Virus record (IMG/VR): IMGVR_UViG_3300025390_000003
Coordinates: 64,252 to 128,251 of that record
Length of the DNA stretch: 64,000 nucleotides
Direction: 5' to 3' (one strand)
Source: a virus
Lineage: Duplodnaviria > Caudoviricetes
The stretch's first letter is position 1. Every line of letters starts with the position of its first letter. Positions 50,726-59,307 of this stretch are shown here, one piece after another. Below the pieces are notes generated by a model. That model did not search any database. It was not told where the DNA came from and saw only the letters and a list, made by a program, of their open reading frames with translations. The position numbers and the translations under genes were made by a program.

Positions 50726-51412
50726 TTATGATGGTTGTAGAGAATATCCATCAAAAGGAACTCCTAAGAATACTTCAAATTTTAACATTTTTTCATCCAT
50801 CCCCCCCGTTTTAGGGCTGCTTCCTATTCCTAATAACGATGCCATTGCCATACTTGCTTCTCCCAAATGATTCGCAGGACCAACATCACCAACTAACCCT
50901 TCTGCTATTTTTCCATTTTTTAAATTAGTAACTTTAACTTTCGATCCTAACACAATAGGTTTTACCATTTTAAATATTGGACTAGGTAATACAACAAATG
51001 GAACCTTCTCTGAATCTAAATATCTACGAGGATCATCAGTAGCAAATTCTTTATGTATGTATGAAGTAGTGGATATATAATACCCTGGATATGGATCATT
51101 TTTCCCTTGTATTACTGGAACGCCATTTTTTGTTACTATTCCCCACCAGTTATTAGTATTTCCAGCATTTGATATATAGTCCAAGGTAGGCAATCCTGAA
51201 CTCTCTGGTGCATAACAACGAGGACATCCATCAGCATCTATAGTTAATCCAGCAGTAAAACTTAATATGTTGTTTGCTTCATCTAATATCACTGGTTCTC
51301 CATCAATTGTTAGTAAAGTCTTGTTTATGGGAGTATTTAAATTAGAAACAGGAGATTCTATATTTTGCTTATCCACAAATGATTGAATTATTTTTTGTAC
51401 ACATTCCCACAT
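50726..51412 (-). CDS. GH75 chitosanase-like hydrolase (candidate endolysin)
   Basis: IDADG, DSEKVPFVVLP, VGDVGP, LGEASMAMA. Confidence 0.8.
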   Translation of the reverse strand: MWECVQKIIQSFVDKQNIESPVSNLNTPINKTLLTIDGEPVILDEANNILSFTAGLTIDADGCPRCYAPESSGLPTLDYISNAGNTNNWWGIVTKNGVPVIQGKNDPYPGYYISTTSYIHKEFATDDPRRYLDSEKVPFVVLPSPIFKMVKPIVLGSKVKVTNLKNGKIAEGLVGDVGPANHLGEASMAMASLLGIGSSPKTGGMDEKMLKFEVFLGVPFDGYSLQPS

Positions 51413-51422
51413 ATATGAATAC

Positions 51423-51968
51423 TTATATAAAAATTCTTAATATTTTAAATCCCACAAACATAGCAAGTAATCCAATAATTATATTTTTCTTAAATATCTC
51501 ACTATTTTGTTCTTTAATCGTTGCATCTTTTGCTGCTAAATCCAATATCATTTGGTTTGTGGCTTCTGCTTGTTTCTTTAACTGTGCATTTACATTTTCT
51601 ACTTGTTCTTGTAAATTCTTCTTATCTGTTACTAATTGTTCAGATATATTTTTAATTTTTATTAATGCGTTATATTCATCTGATCCAACGACTAATACCT
51701 TTTGGTTATTGTATCTAGCAGGAACAACCAATTTTCTTTCATTGTTTACTATAATAGATTGGATTTTTATTCGATCTATTATACTTGGTGGGGTTACAAT
51801 CTCGCATATTTGATTTAAATACGGATCAACTAAATCCATTCTACCCATCATAAAGGAATCTTTCGTAGCATAAACAGAAACGCTTAATGCTTTAGATTGT
51901 TTTTCAGTATAATAATGTCCTGTGCAAGACATTAATAAAAACGAAAAACCTATTAATAACAATTTCAT
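51423..51968 (-). CDS. Lipoprotein with coiled coil and C-terminal TM (u-spanin-like)
   Basis: Signal peptide with lipobox LMSC (Cys15), heptad region, C-terminal IIIGLLAMFVGF. Confidence 0.65.
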   Translation of the reverse strand: MKLLLIGFSFLLMSCTGHYYTEKQSKALSVSVYATKDSFMMGRMDLVDPYLNQICEIVTPPSIIDRIKIQSIIVNNERKLVVPARYNNQKVLVVGSDEYNALIKIKNISEQLVTDKKNLQEQVENVNAQLKKQAEATNQMILDLAAKDATIKEQNSEIFKKNIIIGLLAMFVGFKILRIFI

Positions 51969-51990
51969 TTTAATCTCCTATATATTCCAT

Positions 51991-52236
51991 TTATTTTTTT
52001 CTTTTAATGTTCTTCCAAAATGCTGCACCTGCCACTTTTTTAGCAGTTTCTTTTGATCCATATTCCTTTTCTGCCTTCTTTTCAACTTTCTTAAATGCTT
52101 TACCAGCCTTTCCCATATCTTTTCCTTCCTTTGCTTTTTTAACAGCAGAAGATTTTTGTTTTTTTGTTAATCCTGCGGATGGTTTTTTCTTTGCTTCGGA
52201 AATGATCGAGGTATACAATTCGTTAAATTTGTTCAT
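51991..52236 (-). CDS. Small, very basic putative internal DNA-binding protein
   Basis: MNKFNELYTSIISE|A then K/A-rich sequence. Confidence 0.75.
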   Translation of the reverse strand: MNKFNELYTSIISEAKKKPSAGLTKKQKSSAVKKAKEGKDMGKAGKAFKKVEKKAEKEYGSKETAKKVAGAAFWKNIKRKK

Positions 52237-52292
52237 ATATTATTATTTAATGTTTTTGTTGATTATTTGTATAGTTGTGATAAGATATATCC

Positions 52293-52799
52293 ATGAATAT
52301 TAAAAAGCTTCTGGAAGAGTTGGTGCATTATTATGGGTATTCCAGACAAGTCGGACATACAACTGCTATGTGCAAAGGGGCGGAAAATACAGAAAACGGA
52401 ATAGTAATAACGCATAATCAAAATATGAAGAGATATTTGGAAGATTATATTACAAATCCTGATATAAAATATGTTACATTGAATGATATAGAAAGATGTG
52501 GTGGGTTGCGTGGATTCGCTAAACCAATAATGTTCGATAATGCCGCACTATTTGAAGTGTTAAATTCCGCACTTAACACCATTAAAAATTTAGAAGACAC
52601 AATATCAGATTATAAATCCACTGTATTTACAACAAAAACACCACTAGGATTAACTCCAAGATATATTAAAGATTCTGAAAGATTGAAAGAAATAAGTGCC
52701 GCGATTTTCCGTTATACTGAAGTTGGAAAGAAGATTCCTGATGAGTGGATTGAAGAAATGGTAGAATTAAATGAAAGAATTTCATTGACATCCGAATAA
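52293..52799 (+). CDS. Hypothetical protein with degenerate terminase-like P-loop
   Basis: SRQVGHTT, LRG...IMFDN; TTGATT-N16-TAAGAT promoter. Confidence 0.65.
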   Translation: MNIKKLLEELVHYYGYSRQVGHTTAMCKGAENTENGIVITHNQNMKRYLEDYITNPDIKYVTLNDIERCGGLRGFAKPIMFDNAALFEVLNSALNTIKNLEDTISDYKSTVFTTKTPLGLTPRYIKDSERLKEISAAIFRYTEVGKKIPDEWIEEMVELNERISLTSE

Positions 52800-52821
52800 A
52801 AGGTGTTAATATGTAGGAATT

Positions 52822-53790
52822 ATGGGCGGATCAGCATTAAAAAATACTTACACACGTAGATACTCTGCGGAAGAATTTCATACATTAAAATCAGAAATAC
52901 ACACTCTGATAGATAGTGTGTTTGCTCGGTCATATATCTTCGAGTCATGGAAAAACAAGGAAAGTTTTGGTGACCTGGATTGTTTAGTTCAATTACATCC
53001 AAATTTCAACATTAAAGAATTTATCATCAATACCTTTCATCCAAATGAGATATTCCATAATGGTAATTGTTATTCCTTTGATTATAAAGAATTTCAAATA
53101 GATTTTATTATATGTAGTGAAAAATATTGGGAAACGTCTATTGTATATCTAAAATATGGAGATTTGGGGAACTTTATGGGGAGAATCTCTAAAGCAATAT
53201 TTGGATTAAAATATGGTCATGATGGATTATCCTTTTCTTTAATAGCAGAAACTTCTAATCAGGTATATGAAACTATTAATATAAGCACAAATTCCCAAGA
53301 TATTTTCAAATTTTTAGGTTTTGATTGGGATGTGTTTTGTAAGGGATTTGATATGATGGAAGATATTTTTGAATATGTTAAAACATCAAAATATTTCAAT
53401 GCTAAACTATTTGATTTTGAAGAGTTAAATCATATTAATAGAACAAGGAACCGAAAAAGAGATGGTTATTGCAAATTTTTGGAATATATCAAAGATTTAC
53501 CAAAAGTAGAAATTGCTAGGCCGAAAATTATAGATACGTTAAATTATATACAAGAAGGATTTGAAATATCTTTATATGAATATTACTATAAAACTCTAAA
53601 AAACATAAAGAATAAACAAATTGCAAGAAAACGTGTTGTTCAAATTGTAAGAGATGCAGGATATGAACAAAAAGCATTAGGAGAAGTTATGTCAAAATTA
53701 AATACATGGATAAATGAAAACACAATTCAAATATGTAATGAAGATGTTAACAAATTAATTCAAACAATTCACCAAAAAATACAAATATGA
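52822..53790 (+). CDS. Pol-beta-like nucleotidyltransferase
   Basis: MGGSAL, SFGDLDCLV (DxD), FQIDFI. Confidence 0.78.
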   Translation: MGGSALKNTYTRRYSAEEFHTLKSEIHTLIDSVFARSYIFESWKNKESFGDLDCLVQLHPNFNIKEFIINTFHPNEIFHNGNCYSFDYKEFQIDFIICSEKYWETSIVYLKYGDLGNFMGRISKAIFGLKYGHDGLSFSLIAETSNQVYETINISTNSQDIFKFLGFDWDVFCKGFDMMEDIFEYVKTSKYFNAKLFDFEELNHINRTRNRKRDGYCKFLEYIKDLPKVEIARPKIIDTLNYIQEGFEISLYEYYYKTLKNIKNKQIARKRVVQIVRDAGYEQKALGEVMSKLNTWINENTIQICNEDVNKLIQTIHQKIQI

Positions 53791-54038
53791 CAGAAGAAAA
53801 CCGATTTGATAATTTAATTAAGAATATTGTATATAGAAATGTTACAGTAGTTATAATAAATGATCCAGATAATTGTATGTTATATGGGTTTCCAGTATTA
53901 GATGTTATTACCGCAATTGAAGAATATAACGGAGCAAAAGTTATGAGCCGACACCCGAACTTTTTTAGAGTTCACTACGCAAAAAATTATGAAAACAACA
54001 AACAAAAAAGAAAAGATTACCACCAAAACCACAAATAA
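53787..54038 (+). CDS. Hypothetical protein
   Basis: ATGA overlap with the upstream gene. Confidence 0.55.
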   Translation: MTEENRFDNLIKNIVYRNVTVVIINDPDNCMLYGFPVLDVITAIEEYNGAKVMSRHPNFFRVHYAKNYENNKQKRKDYHQNHK

Positions 54039-54705
54039 AAAGAAAACACCAAAGAAGATAATTTATGATTTCTTTGTTCTTGATAGGAGTGGTTCGATGC
54101 AAAGAATTAAAGACTCTACAATCACTGGCGTTAATGAATACCTGAATACTGCTAGAAATGATGCAAAGAAAACTAAAATTAAAACGTATTTTTCTTTATT
54201 AACTTTCGATAATGAATTTGATGTGGTATATGATTATGTTGATATTTTAAAGGTTGAAAATTTAACAGACAAAGATTTCATCCCTAGAAATAATACGGCT
54301 TTGCGAGATGCGACAGGTAGAGCAATAACATCTTTGCAAAACAAGTTGAAAGGCAAAGAAAACGATGAAAATATTGATGTAACAATTACAATTTTCACGG
54401 ATGGATATGAAAACGCATCAACAGAATATACACATGAAACTATTGCCGAACTTATTAAAAAGGTTCAAGATGAATATAAATGGACAGTTGTATATATTGG
54501 CGCAGGAAACAAACAAAAAGTATTATCTATAGCAAAAGGAATGAACATTAATATTACTAATACTTCTTCGTATACTGCAAATTCTGAGGATATGAAGAAT
54601 ATGATGCATACCAATAGCATTTCTAGAAGCACGAAAACTATGAACTTTGCAGCAGATATCAAATCAACTGTTGGATATTTCGTTGATCCTACTACAAAAG
54701 TTTAA
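53989..54705 (+). CDS. vWA domain protein
   Basis: MIDAS DRSGS, TALRDA, IFTDGYENAS, YIGA. Confidence 0.9.
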   Translation: MKTTNKKEKITTKTTNKKKTPKKIIYDFFVLDRSGSMQRIKDSTITGVNEYLNTARNDAKKTKIKTYFSLLTFDNEFDVVYDYVDILKVENLTDKDFIPRNNTALRDATGRAITSLQNKLKGKENDENIDVTITIFTDGYENASTEYTHETIAELIKKVQDEYKWTVVYIGAGNKQKVLSIAKGMNINITNTSSYTANSEDMKNMMHTNSISRSTKTMNFAADIKSTVGYFVDPTTKV

Positions 54706-54723
54706 AATTAAATCATAACAAAA

Positions 54724-54763
54724 AATAAAGCCGTTAGAACCAAAATCTAACGGCTTTATTTTA
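54724..54763 (+). terminator. Intrinsic terminator
   Basis: aataaagccgttaga/tctaacggctttatt stem. Confidence 0.85.
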
Positions 54764-54785
54764 TTCAATTTCCATAAATATTAAT

Positions 54786-54992
54786 ATGGAATTCTCTACT
54801 ACAAATTCGAAATATTATAGTGAGATATATGATTATCTATTAGAAAAGGTAGAAACATCTTCCAGTAACAATTACGAATATTTGCTAGGACAAGTTCAAT
54901 TTGCGTATGCTTTAGCTATAATTGAAGATAAAACTAGAAAGAAATTATGTAGAATTTTAGAAAAACGAAAGAACATCCAATTAAATAGTTAA
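54786..54992 (+). CDS. Hypothetical protein
   Basis: ATAAATA upstream. Confidence 0.6.
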   Translation: MEFSTTNSKYYSEIYDYLLEKVETSSSNNYEYLLGQVQFAYALAIIEDKTRKKLCRILEKRKNIQLNS

Positions 54993-54993
54993 T

Positions 54994-55221
54994 ATGCCAC
55001 TCAAAAAAGGAAAATCTAAAAAGACTATCAGCAAAAATATTGGTGAATTAGTGAAAACATATAAAGAAACTGGTAAGATTGGAAATACCAAACCTAAATC
55101 CAAAAAGAAAGCGGCACAGATAGCAGCAGCAATTGCATACAGCAAAGCAAAAAACGAAGGTATGATTTTTTCAGATATGGTATTAAATATACTATCTGAA
55201 AATGATAAATTAAATAATTAA
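54994..55221 (+). CDS. Small basic phage protein
   Basis: MPLKKGKSKKTISKNI...AAAIAYSKA; TTAAATA upstream. Confidence 0.7.
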   Translation: MPLKKGKSKKTISKNIGELVKTYKETGKIGNTKPKSKKKAAQIAAAIAYSKAKNEGMIFSDMVLNILSENDKLNN

Positions 55222-55225
55222 ATGT

Positions 55226-55702
55226 TTATCTAATCCATTTAGATAAATCCTCTGCTTTATCTAACGGAATATTCTCAAGCTGCTTTGTAACTTGAGATTC
55301 TATATCATCATGCCATAAAACGCAAGTAGCTTCTTCAATAGAAAATAAATCTTTTGAACTACTAGGATTTGGATTCACCAATGCATTTAATTGTTTTTCT
55401 TGGCATTGCAATCTTTTTTTGTTTTTGTTCCATATCTCCACAGTATCAGGAGTATATAAATAGGCAATTTTAAACATTCTTATGAAATTTTTAAATCTTG
55501 TTATTGGAGTAGATTTTGTTTTAGGATGATAAAACCTAGGACCAACCATTATAATCCCAAAATCAAATGGATTATAATTTAGTGAAATGTCTTTATTGCC
55601 TAATGTGAAATTTATAGCATTTTTTATACGATCTATGACAGTATATTTATAAGCTTTATCGGGGTTTGTTACTGCGGTGAAGTCTATTTCTTTATTATAC
55701 AT
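55226..55702 (-). CDS. Hypothetical protein (paralog of the next gene)
   Basis: IDRIKNA, DLFSI and LENIPL motifs. Confidence 0.65.
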   Translation of the reverse strand: MYNKEIDFTAVTNPDKAYKYTVIDRIKNAINFTLGNKDISLNYNPFDFGIIMVGPRFYHPKTKSTPITRFKNFIRMFKIAYLYTPDTVEIWNKNKKRLQCQEKQLNALVNPNPSSSKDLFSIEEATCVLWHDDIESQVTKQLENIPLDKAEDLSKWIR

Positions 55703-56048
55703 GATATTTATCTCCTACGATTCTGATATTTTCTAATGGAAGGTTTTTTAATTTTTCTTCTATATTTTTAATAGAAAATACATCATTACCTACCTTATAT
55801 GATGTATCTACTGATGTATCTGTAATAATACCACGTTTAACTTTGTCGGTAATATCATTAGTTGTGATGATACTCAATTTTTCTAAATATTCACAATATC
55901 TGTTATGTGTGTGTATATTATCAGGAACTTTATTATATCCATAAATCATTCCTTTTATTCCATATTGCATTGCTTGTTTTACTCGATCAATTATACTAAA
56001 TTTGTGTTTCTTCATATTTTTATTTATATCTTTTATGTTATTTTTCAA
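55695..56048 (-). CDS. Hypothetical protein
   Basis: IDRVKQA, DVFSI and LKNLPL motifs. Confidence 0.6.
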   Translation of the reverse strand: MKNNIKDINKNMKKHKFSIIDRVKQAMQYGIKGMIYGYNKVPDNIHTHNRYCEYLEKLSIITTNDITDKVKRGIITDTSVDTSYKVGNDVFSIKNIEEKLKNLPLENIRIVGDKYHV

Positions 56049-56084
56049 CTAGATCGTGAAAAATTCCCTTCCATCCACATTTAC

Positions 56085-56133
56085 AATATTGAGGTAAGAA
56101 AGCCCACTGATCTTCAGTCAGTGGGTAGTTCAC
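56085..56133 (+). mobile_element. 49-bp non-autonomous IS605 derivative (single-hairpin, PATE-like)
   Basis: TTAC|aatattgaggtaagaaagcccactgatcttcagtcagtggg-tagttcac| equals the left end of 22245..23965 fused to its right-end tail. Confidence 0.9.
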
Positions 56134-56801
56134 CATAATGTATAATCCGTTATGTTTTTTGTGTCTCCCGTTACCTTATTTAGAATTTCGGTTGACATTC
56201 CTATTCCATTAAGTTCAAATTGAAACTTAAAATTTATATCACCAAAAGTTTTATTGTATTTCTCACATTGTTCTTTTTTAAATTTTAAAAAGGCGTTCAC
56301 TTCGGTATCCGATAATTTAAAATTGTATGGGTGAAGAATCGGAAGTTCCTTTGTATTTAATGTTATACCCTTTTTGTCCGTGCTTCCAAATCCTTTTTCG
56401 CCACGATTTGTTAGTTCCAATTCTTCAACTTCTTCAAATTCTGCATCATAGTGTTTCTCAAATATTATTTGTGCAATTTTATCTCCTTTTTTAACTCCTA
56501 ATGTTTTATTATTATCAGTGTTTAATAATATTGCACCTATATCTCCAGTATAATCTGAATCGATAACCCCTGCAAGCACCGAAATTCCAACTTTATATGC
56601 TAATCCACTTCTTCCTGCTATCCGTCCATAATATCCTTTTGGGAGTTTTAATGATATATTGGTTTTGAATAGATGTCTTTCCCCTGTATCTAGTATATAA
56701 TCCTCTGTAGAGTAAAGATCATATCCTGCTGCATGATCCGTACCTTTAGTTGGAATGATTGCAAGGTCGCTTAATTTTTTGACTTGTATTTTAAGATTCA
56801 T
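56130..56801 (-). CDS. dut: Trimeric dUTPase with C-terminal extension
   Basis: AGYDL, RSGLA, GVIDSDYTG, IAQII, RGEKGFGST. Confidence 0.95.
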   Translation of the reverse strand: MNLKIQVKKLSDLAIIPTKGTDHAAGYDLYSTEDYILDTGERHLFKTNISLKLPKGYYGRIAGRSGLAYKVGISVLAGVIDSDYTGDIGAILLNTDNNKTLGVKKGDKIAQIIFEKHYDAEFEEVEELELTNRGEKGFGSTDKKGITLNTKELPILHPYNFKLSDTEVNAFLKFKKEQCEKYNKTFGDINFKFQFELNGIGMSTEILNKVTGDTKNITDYTLW

Positions 56802-56836
56802 TGTTATATTTTAACATAAAATCTTGAAATATCAAA

Positions 56837-58105
56837 TTATGATAAGAATTTTCTATAAAGGTTATCAAATTTACTGATAGATTCTGGTATTTCGGATTTT
56901 GTTTCTCTAGTTGCAAATTCGTTAATATGATCAATAATAATGGATGCAGTATCTTTAATTGCAGATTCGTGTTGTGTGATATGTTCAGGATCGATTTTCC
57001 ATAATGCCATATATTTGTGTGTATGTTCCGCTGGTAAATCAAATTCCCTTAATACTACATTAGCAACTCCTTCTGCTTGTAATTCTTTAACTAGTGAGGA
57101 TAATGATGCTCTATCTTCTTTACTATGCATTAATTCATGAGCAATTTCATGTATCATTGTAGATATATTTTCTTGTAATAATGCAATACTTCCTCCCATG
57201 CTTACTCCTCTAGCTCCTGGGTGACCAACATTACCAATTTCTACTTTAATGTTTTTGGATTTTGCTAAATCTAATAATGCATCAAATATGACTTTGGTTT
57301 TTTCATTGGTATTTTCATCGCTATACCATTTTGGAGTTTCTGGTATTTCCTTTGCTTTTCCCTCGATTGGTTCCGTTTGTGAAATGTCAAATACTGGAAC
57401 TAATTTAAATTTAGCATAGTTTCTTAGATCATTGCTAGTTTGAGGTTGTGGATCAGTATCTTCTAATTCTTCTTTATCTTTTTTCTTGCTGATTGGGATG
57501 TAGATGTATATTCCTTTTTCTCCAGCTTTGAGTCTTCTTCCAAATTCTGTTTCCCACTGTTTTCTGCCTTTGATATGAGTTGCATCAGGCTTTTGCATGA
57601 AAATTAAAATTGTATTATATAAAGAATATTTTCGGAACTTCTTTTTGAAATCCATAAAGTCTTTAACCTCTTTACTTTGTGCAGCTTCAGATACTTTAGA
57701 TTTTAATTCATTAATAAAGTTTGATATTCTTTCGCTAAATCCTACATCGCCATATTCTTCAATTTCTTCTGCTTTTGTAATAATATAATCCAATTTATTA
57801 ATATCATTGAGTGCTTTTTGGAATATTGGAATTTGTTTTTCAAAATCTTCTAAATTATATTTTTCTGTGGATACCCATTTTCTGGTATTTGTTCTATCAA
57901 AATAAAATAGCCCTGATCCTTTTATTAACTCTCTTTTAATAAAGGTTTCGTTATTTCCTTTTGCGACATCAGGATTATCACTAGTTACTACAAATGAATA
58001 TTCATCATTAGGCAAACTTCTTTTCTTAAGAATTAAATTTTCTCCAAATAAAGATGTTTCTTCTTCGTCTAATATTCTACTTAATACATCATCAAATTTA
58101 CTCAT
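56837..58105 (-). CDS. ArdC-like ssDNA-binding domain plus zincin metallopeptidase
   Basis: YSLYNTILI...QKPDAT...W...GEKG...VFDISQT; HEIAHELMH...ELQAE; N-terminal MSKFDDVLSRILDE. Confidence 0.82.
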   Translation of the reverse strand: MSKFDDVLSRILDEEETSLFGENLILKKRSLPNDEYSFVVTSDNPDVAKGNNETFIKRELIKGSGLFYFDRTNTRKWVSTEKYNLEDFEKQIPIFQKALNDINKLDYIITKAEEIEEYGDVGFSERISNFINELKSKVSEAAQSKEVKDFMDFKKKFRKYSLYNTILIFMQKPDATHIKGRKQWETEFGRRLKAGEKGIYIYIPISKKKDKEELEDTDPQPQTSNDLRNYAKFKLVPVFDISQTEPIEGKAKEIPETPKWYSDENTNEKTKVIFDALLDLAKSKNIKVEIGNVGHPGARGVSMGGSIALLQENISTMIHEIAHELMHSKEDRASLSSLVKELQAEGVANVVLREFDLPAEHTHKYMALWKIDPEHITQHESAIKDTASIIIDHINEFATRETKSEIPESISKFDNLYRKFLS

Positions 58106-58508
58106 AATGTGGTGCGTCTTGTATTTGTGATCCTTTTTCGTTTTCTAAATATATAATCAATACACCATCCGTTTCATCAATATAATGATCAAACATTGCT
58201 TGGGCGACATGTTCAGCATTTTTATGATCATGAACTTCAACACTTTCTAATGGGGTAAATTGAGTGTAATACCATCCACCTTCTTCATGCCCACCAAATT
58301 CTCTAGTTTTGTCGTATGCAGTTACAAATAATGGAAAATTTATATTATCGCTATCTTCATCAACTACGTAATCAAGATGTGCCGTGTTTTCAAAATCTTG
58401 TTGTTTTTTATTTGGGTATCCTTGTCCGTGAGGCATACCAGTATCTTCTTTTATAGTAAGAATTTTTTCGTATGCTTCTTGTAGTAAATCAATATCAGTT
58501 TTTTTCAT
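58098..58508 (-). CDS. Acidic hypothetical protein
   Basis: DLLQEAYEKI N-terminus; FGGHEEGGWYY motif; stop overlaps the ArdC-like start. Confidence 0.7.
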   Translation of the reverse strand: MKKTDIDLLQEAYEKILTIKEDTGMPHGQGYPNKKQQDFENTAHLDYVVDEDSDNINFPLFVTAYDKTREFGGHEEGGWYYTQFTPLESVEVHDHKNAEHVAQAMFDHYIDETDGVLIIYLENEKGSQIQDAPHYE

Positions 58509-58514
58509 AATAAA

Positions 58515-59276
58515 TTAATTGTTTAGTGGTTCTTTGTTTTCAGAGTGAAATTCTATGACATCACCATTTAATTTTACACCACCTATTTTGTGGGTGCTAA
58601 GATCGTATGAAGTTAATCCACCACGAAGTTGTTCTTTTAGTTTGTGTTGGATTATTCTTTTTGCTCTAGCTATGTGTGCCTTATCTCCTCCTCTTGGCGA
58701 ACCATCTTTATTAACAGATAATGCATAAGGATCGGATTTTGGTTTTTCTTCTCCAGGAGCAACAATTTCTGCTTTTCCTGTAACTTGTCCCATGATATTA
58801 ATACAATCTTTTTCAGTATTATATCTCATTCCTTTACCGATATTTACATATACACTAGGTTTATCTTCATCAGGATTGAATGGTTTTGTAAGCCCACTTA
58901 ACATTTCAGCTTTTGCGAGTTCTTCCCATTTATCTTCGGGTGTATATGCTTCGATAACTGCTTTGTTATGATCTTTTATGTTTCCGTAATTAATACCTAA
59001 ATTTACTTTATATATTTTAGTTGGTCCGTTTGGTTCTGCGCCCTTTCTAATTTGGTCAGTAGTCATTGTTCCATTAGTTTTGTATATAAATGAAGCAAAT
59101 CTAGCACCTTTCGATAAAAACTCTTTTAATTTATCATATAACTGTTCGTTTTCCGGTTTTTCTTCGGTTGGGAATACGGGTTCATTATTTGTTGGACTGT
59201 GTGTTACTTCAGGAGCATTGGAAGTTATAGGTTCTAAATCTTCCATAACTAATTTAAATAAATCATCAAATTTCAT
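58515..59276 (-). CDS. Hypothetical putative internal protein
   Basis: Start reassigned to MKFDDLFKLVME (59276), 4 nt after TATAAGTA. Confidence 0.7.
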   Translation of the reverse strand: MKFDDLFKLVMEDLEPITSNAPEVTHSPTNNEPVFPTEEKPENEQLYDKLKEFLSKGARFASFIYKTNGTMTTDQIRKGAEPNGPTKIYKVNLGINYGNIKDHNKAVIEAYTPEDKWEELAKAEMLSGLTKPFNPDEDKPSVYVNIGKGMRYNTEKDCINIMGQVTGKAEIVAPGEEKPKSDPYALSVNKDGSPRGGDKAHIARAKRIIQHKLKEQLRGGLTSYDLSTHKIGGVKLNGDVIEFHSENKEPLNN

Positions 59277-59307
59277 AATATACTTATATTTATCTGTATA
59301 TGACAAA

